A DNA stretch of 64,000 nucleotides, taken from Macrostomum lignano (taxonomy: Eukaryota). Below are positions 58,547 to 64,000 of this stretch, in pieces. The position numbers were made by a program, and so were the translations under genes. The first letter of the stretch is position 1, and the number at the start of each line of letters is the position of its first letter. Under the pieces are notes generated by a model. It was given only the letters and a program-made list of their open reading frames with translations, had not been told where the DNA came from and searched no databases. Where the stretch lies: NCBI GenBank assembly GCA_002269645.1, contig NIVC01000201.1, positions 124,001 to 188,000 on the forward strand. The letters run 5' to 3'.

Positions 58547-59527
58547 CATAACCGACCAAATCCACCGACACGAACCTGTCAGCGCTCCGCTCTCGGTGTC
58601 AACCTGAAGCCAGCTCTCCCCGGGCAGCTCGGCGCCTTCTTCCGTGAATCTCACGCGGCCCCTGCCAACCACCTGGAATCTGCCGCGACCGCCCGGCGCC
58701 AGGTTGGACACCCGCCGGCCCGACCGGAAGTTGTACACCGCCAGCAGGTCGATCCGCGGCAAGTGCGGCCCGCAGCTCGGCGTCGGCGCCGCGGCCGCCA
58801 GCAGGAGGTCTCCGGTCAGCTGGATCGCGTCCTCCACCCGCAGCTGGACTGTGCTGGCCAGCAGGACTTCAAGCCTCTTGACGGCCCCGCGGGATCCCAC
58901 TGGGTGCAGCGCCGCCAGCCGGCAGGTGACCCTGCCCCGCCTCTGCAGCTCCTCCAGCGCTTGCGGGCTGCGGAGCCCGACCAAGGCGCCGAAGTGCACG
59001 ATGACGGAGGCTGGCAGGCGCCCCCGGCCTGCCCGAAGCTCCGCCGCGGCCACTTCTCCGCGAACCTGCTGGACGCGGCCTTCGGGCGAGGCTGCGCAGG
59101 CCAGGTGGGTCGGCGACACCCGGACGATCTGGCAGGCGGACACCGGCGACTCCGCAGCGGAGGAGGCCGCCGCGACCAGCGCCGCGTCGTCAGCCGGGTG
59201 GCGCAGCAGCAGGCGGACGGTGAAGCCGCCGCCAGCTGTCGGCCGGAAGACCCTCCCGTCGGCACCGCGGACGAGCCGCGGCCGGCCCAAGCTGGCCCAG
59301 ACCCGGCGGCGGTCGCTGCGGACCAGGCGGTGCGCCCGCAGGCTGACGGATCGGCCAGACGGCAGCCGCTGCTCGGCAGTCAGCGGCGTCAGCTCAAAGA
59401 ATCGCCGATCAGCCTCGCTGCTGTTGAGGTCGTGCTCGGAGCGGCTCGCCAGTGACACGCTGGCGCAGACAAGCAGCAGCAGCGCCGCGAAGGCGGAGAC
59501 TGCGCCAAGGCTCGGGTGCTTCTTCAT
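57883..59527 (-). CDS. Secreted protein with unknown N-terminal domain and C-terminal LamG/ConA-like (pentraxin-like) domain; exons 59527-58576, 58397-57883 (488 aa)
   Basis: Signal peptide MKKHPSLGAVSAFAALLLLVCASVSLA. LLAVYNFRSGRRVSNL...SWLQVD, WSVFFML, WNRVGIATD...VHING, LSIG, IQGAFRCFGVARGQLS fit the LamG-like strand pattern. The phase 1 GT-AG intron contains (TAAC)n. Confidence 0.72.
58415..58547. repeat. (TAAC)n microsatellite in the LamG-like gene intron
   Basis: Direct reading of the sequence. Confidence 0.97.
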
Positions 59528-60451
59528 CGTCGCTGTTGTCTGAATTGATGACAGCGGTCGATCTTGGAAATGCCGGTCCTGCGCGGGCTGCCTCGCGTTT
59601 TTATCGGGCCAGCGAAAGGTCCGCCGCTCCGCCCGCCCTTCCCCGATGAAATAACAATTTTTAACGACCTGTTGACGCCGAGTGCGGCCCGCCCACCCCG
59701 CCTCCTCGGCATGTTTGCCGCAGTTTGCCCCCCCCCGCTGCGCTGCTGCAAGTTCGCAGGGAGTTCGCCGGGCCCAATGGTGCAGTTCGGTATCGCGCCA
59801 GCCGCTACGGAGCGAATTTTCTAAGAACTCTCCATGCGGATCCTCTAAATCAGCTGATCGGGGACATCCCAGAGTTCGATTCTTGTGACTGACACGCCTG
59901 TGACTGCAGTTAAAGTGCAAGCTGCGGTTTCCCGGGACGCGGGGCAGCGCATTCCAGCGATTTTTTCGTAGGCCGCGCGGTCATAAAAATGCCAAGAAGT
60001 TCGCAGAAATTCCAGGCCGAAAACACATTCCGATTGCCATAATGCGAGGTAAAAGTGCAAAGCATGGGGATTGGGGGAATAAGATGTAGATTGGCTATAA
60101 AGTCACTGCGGTGCAGATGCCACTGAGGCTCGGGACCAAACGGCGTCATGCCCAATCAAACGAGTTATTGGTGCACTGTATTCTGTAGAAGGCGTGGCCT
60201 GACACCTTGAAGTTCGGTCTGCTATCGCTTCGATCTGCAGAAATTGTCACTGCTTCTAACAAATTGCGGTGTTTTCTAACGCTTCAGGATTGTTCAAACA
60301 GTTTAGAAAAAATAACTTTTTCAAAGGCTTTTGTATTTCCTGTTTTCACAAAAATGCAAAAAGTCCTACTAAAAATGCAACACTGAGAGTTGAAGTGCTT
60401 GCAGACTTTTATTACATCCGGTGACTGTAGCAGGTCACGTGCTCGCTTAGC

Positions 60452-60952
60452 AGCACCACCTCAAACAGCATAATCTCACACAGCAACATCTCACACAGCA
60501 TCATCTCAAACAGCACCACCTCAAACAGCATCATCTCACACAGCATCATCTCAAACAGCATCATCTCAAACAGCACCAACTCAAACAGCACCATCTCAAA
60601 CAGCACTATCTCAAACAGCACCAACTCAAACAGCATCATTTCAAACAGCATCATCTCACACAGCAACATCTCAAACAGCACGATCTCAAACAGCACGATC
60701 TCAAACAGCACCATCTCAAACAGCATCATCTCAAACAGCATCATCTCAAACAGCACCATCTCAAACAGCACCATCTCAAACGGCATCATCTCAAACAGCA
60801 TCATCTCACACAGCAACATCTCAAACAGCACGATCTCAAACAGCACGATCTCAAACAGCACCATCTCAAACAGCATCATCTCAAACAGCATCATCTCAAA
60901 CAGCATCATCTCACACAGCAACATCTCAAACAGCATCATCTCACACAGCATA
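60452..60952. repeat. 15-bp minisatellite
   Basis: atctcaaacagcatc units. Confidence 0.95.
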
Positions 60953-61369
60953 ACCTCAAGCCAGCGAGGCCACTGAAGCTCAGAATCCAGAAGTCAATCC
61001 GCAGTCACTTAAATTCCTTACGCAATCCTTCACAGGGCTGCTTTCGGCCCCAAGCATTGAAATTAACACAACTATTGGCGATGCTGTAGAACTTTTTTGG
61101 CAGCCGTGGGACCCAGCATGCAGAGACCGGATTAAGTCGGCTAGCTGCTAAAACATTGTTTAATCGCAGCGACCTTGGTTGGCACCGCCCATGGCGCCAT
61201 TGCGCGGTCGCTGATCTTTGGCCCGAGCTGCTGGGGGGGGGGGGGGTCGGGGCAAAGGGCGGCAGTTTCTGCACAGATTTGCATCGCTTTTTGTCATCTG
61301 AACTGCAGAGCGAACTCTGCGCTCTCCAGTTCGCAGCGGGCGACCGAAGTACAGTTCGGTTCAGTCTGT

Positions 61370-61790
61370 CAGTTAGATAGTCTCACTGTCTCACTCACTG
61401 TCCCACTGTCTGTCACTCTCTGTCTCACTCACTGTCTCACTGTCTGTCACTCTCTGTCTCACTCACTGTTCCACTGTCTGTCACTCTCTGTCTCACTGTT
61501 CCACTGTCTGTCACTCTCTGTCTCACTCACTGTCCCACTGTCTGTCACTCTCTGTCTCACTCACTGTTCCACTGTCTGTCACTCTCTGTCTCACTCACTG
61601 TCCCACTGTCTGTCACTCTCTGTCTCACTCATTGTCCCACTGTCTGTCACTCTCTGTCTCACTCACTGTCCCACTGTCTGTCACTCTCTGTCTCATCTGT
61701 CTCAGTCTGTCTCACTCTCTGTCTCAGTCAGTATCAGTGCGTCTCACTCTCTGTCTCACTTTGTCTCACTCTGTCCCACACTCTTTCACT
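61370..61790. repeat. CT/GT-rich minisatellite
   Basis: ctcactcactgtcccactgtctgtcactctctgt units. Confidence 0.9.
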
Positions 61791-62286
61791 GTGTTTCAGT
61801 CTATCTCGCAGTCTGTTTTTCGTTCTCACTCAGCATCTGTCTCAGTCCATCTTTTAACCTTTGGTCTCAGTATGTTTCTGTCGGCATTGCACCCAGATAA
61901 GTTAACCTCAGCTTTCAGTTCATGCCCAGCACGCTGGTTTCTGAATCAACACACATTGAAAGGCGTGCGCTGGCCTGACTGACAGGTTGCGGCAGCAGGA
62001 ATGTCAGGAATGTGTTCATGCTTGCATCGCCATCGCCAGCTGTGTTGCTTGCACTCTAAAAGTTCACAAATAGCCTGCATCAGCTAAATCCGTTTGCGCT
62101 TCATCTTGCGCTCATTTTTGTTTTCAATTCGAGCTTACAGTGCAGCTGCACTGATCTAAGGCGATCGACTTTGACACGTGGTGATGGATTGAGAGTGCAA
62201 GTTTCAACAATCAGTCATCATTGCAATAATTCGGCTCAAACACTATCATTTCTGTTCATGCCTTTCGTTTACAATCAAATTGGTAC

Positions 62287-63432
<1,146 letters not shown>

Positions 63433-63763
63433 CGGGTCTCGCCTGCCAGAAACGGATCCCACCGGTTGGAAACATGCCTCACCTGTTAGAAACGGGTCTC
63501 ACCTGTTACATGTTGAATTTGTCTCTTTGAAAAAGATTTCTCCTGTACGCTCGTAAATAGTGATTTTTCATATTATAACTTGAATTTTTTTTTATCTGCT
63601 AATTAAAAGGCATTATTCGAAAAAATATTTACCAGAAGGCTGGCAAAAAAGATACAATAGAAGAGAAAACATGGCAGCTTTGATTGTCCAAATATGGAAA
63701 TAACAATAGCGTTTTGCTCCGAGTTATTGCTGCGATTATTTTGTTAATAATTCTCTTTTTTAG

Positions 63764-64000
63764 TTGCCTTCCCTCGGTGACAATTGCGACAAAGCAGCAG
63801 GGGGTGCAGCTGCGCGTGCCTCCCTCACTGCCGAGGGAGAAGGGAAACAGCCTGCAGCTCTGGATGAAGAAAAAGCATTTTTAATACAAAATCCCTTTGA
63901 GATGAAGCGGGCAGAACGAGGATCTGACATTTTTCACCCGACATTCCTTAGGGGCTCGCCTGCTGGGTCACGCCAGGTTAAAGAAGATTCCTCCTTTGAG
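63764..64000 (+). CDS. Possible coding exon running off the window end (LPSLGDNCDKAAGG...KEDSSFE), unknown product
   Basis: Pyrimidine tract plus AG (ctcttttttag|) followed by 79 open codons to the window edge; no recognisable motif. Confidence 0.3.
   Translation, partial: MPSLGDNCDKAAGGAAARASLTAEGEGKQPAALDEEKAFLIQNPFEMKRAERGSDIFHPTFLRGSPAGSRQVKEDSSFE

Noticed and set aside
58644-59543. 299-aa plus-strand ORF and other overlapping frames
   Set aside because: Antisense shadow of a GC-rich coding exon. The minus frame has the signal peptide and correct splice phase.

Overview
Eukaryotic (animal) genomic DNA. GC-rich exons are separated by introns and spacers filled with minisatellites, a pattern I associate with a free-living flatworm such as Macrostomum (inference, not provable here). 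Left third: four co-oriented minus-strand genes, TRIP13/Pch2 -> OSR1/SPAK kinase -> ELAC1-type RNase ZS -> YPEL5. Their exon junctions could be rebuilt in phase, and they look like a candidate trans-spliced operon. The RNase Z lacks an obvious native start exon, and the kinase has a one-base frameshift. A pre-miRNA-like hairpin lies between TRIP13 and the kinase. Middle: an 8.7-kb G-rich satellite and an AT-rich domain strongly enriched in TAGGCC. Inserted in that domain is a 6.9-kb Mutator-like (MULE) transposon with 42-bp TIRs and an 8-bp TSD. It encodes a PHD-FLYWCH-DDE transposase broken by two TAG codons and carries a nested MITE with a 9-bp TSD. Right part: WDR26 (+), a tandem-duplicated secreted fibrinogen-domain gene (one intact copy, one pseudogene) preceded by X-box-like motifs, and a secreted LamG-like protein (-). 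All exon coordinates were derived by hand from the sequence; family assignments are from recalled motifs, not database searches.
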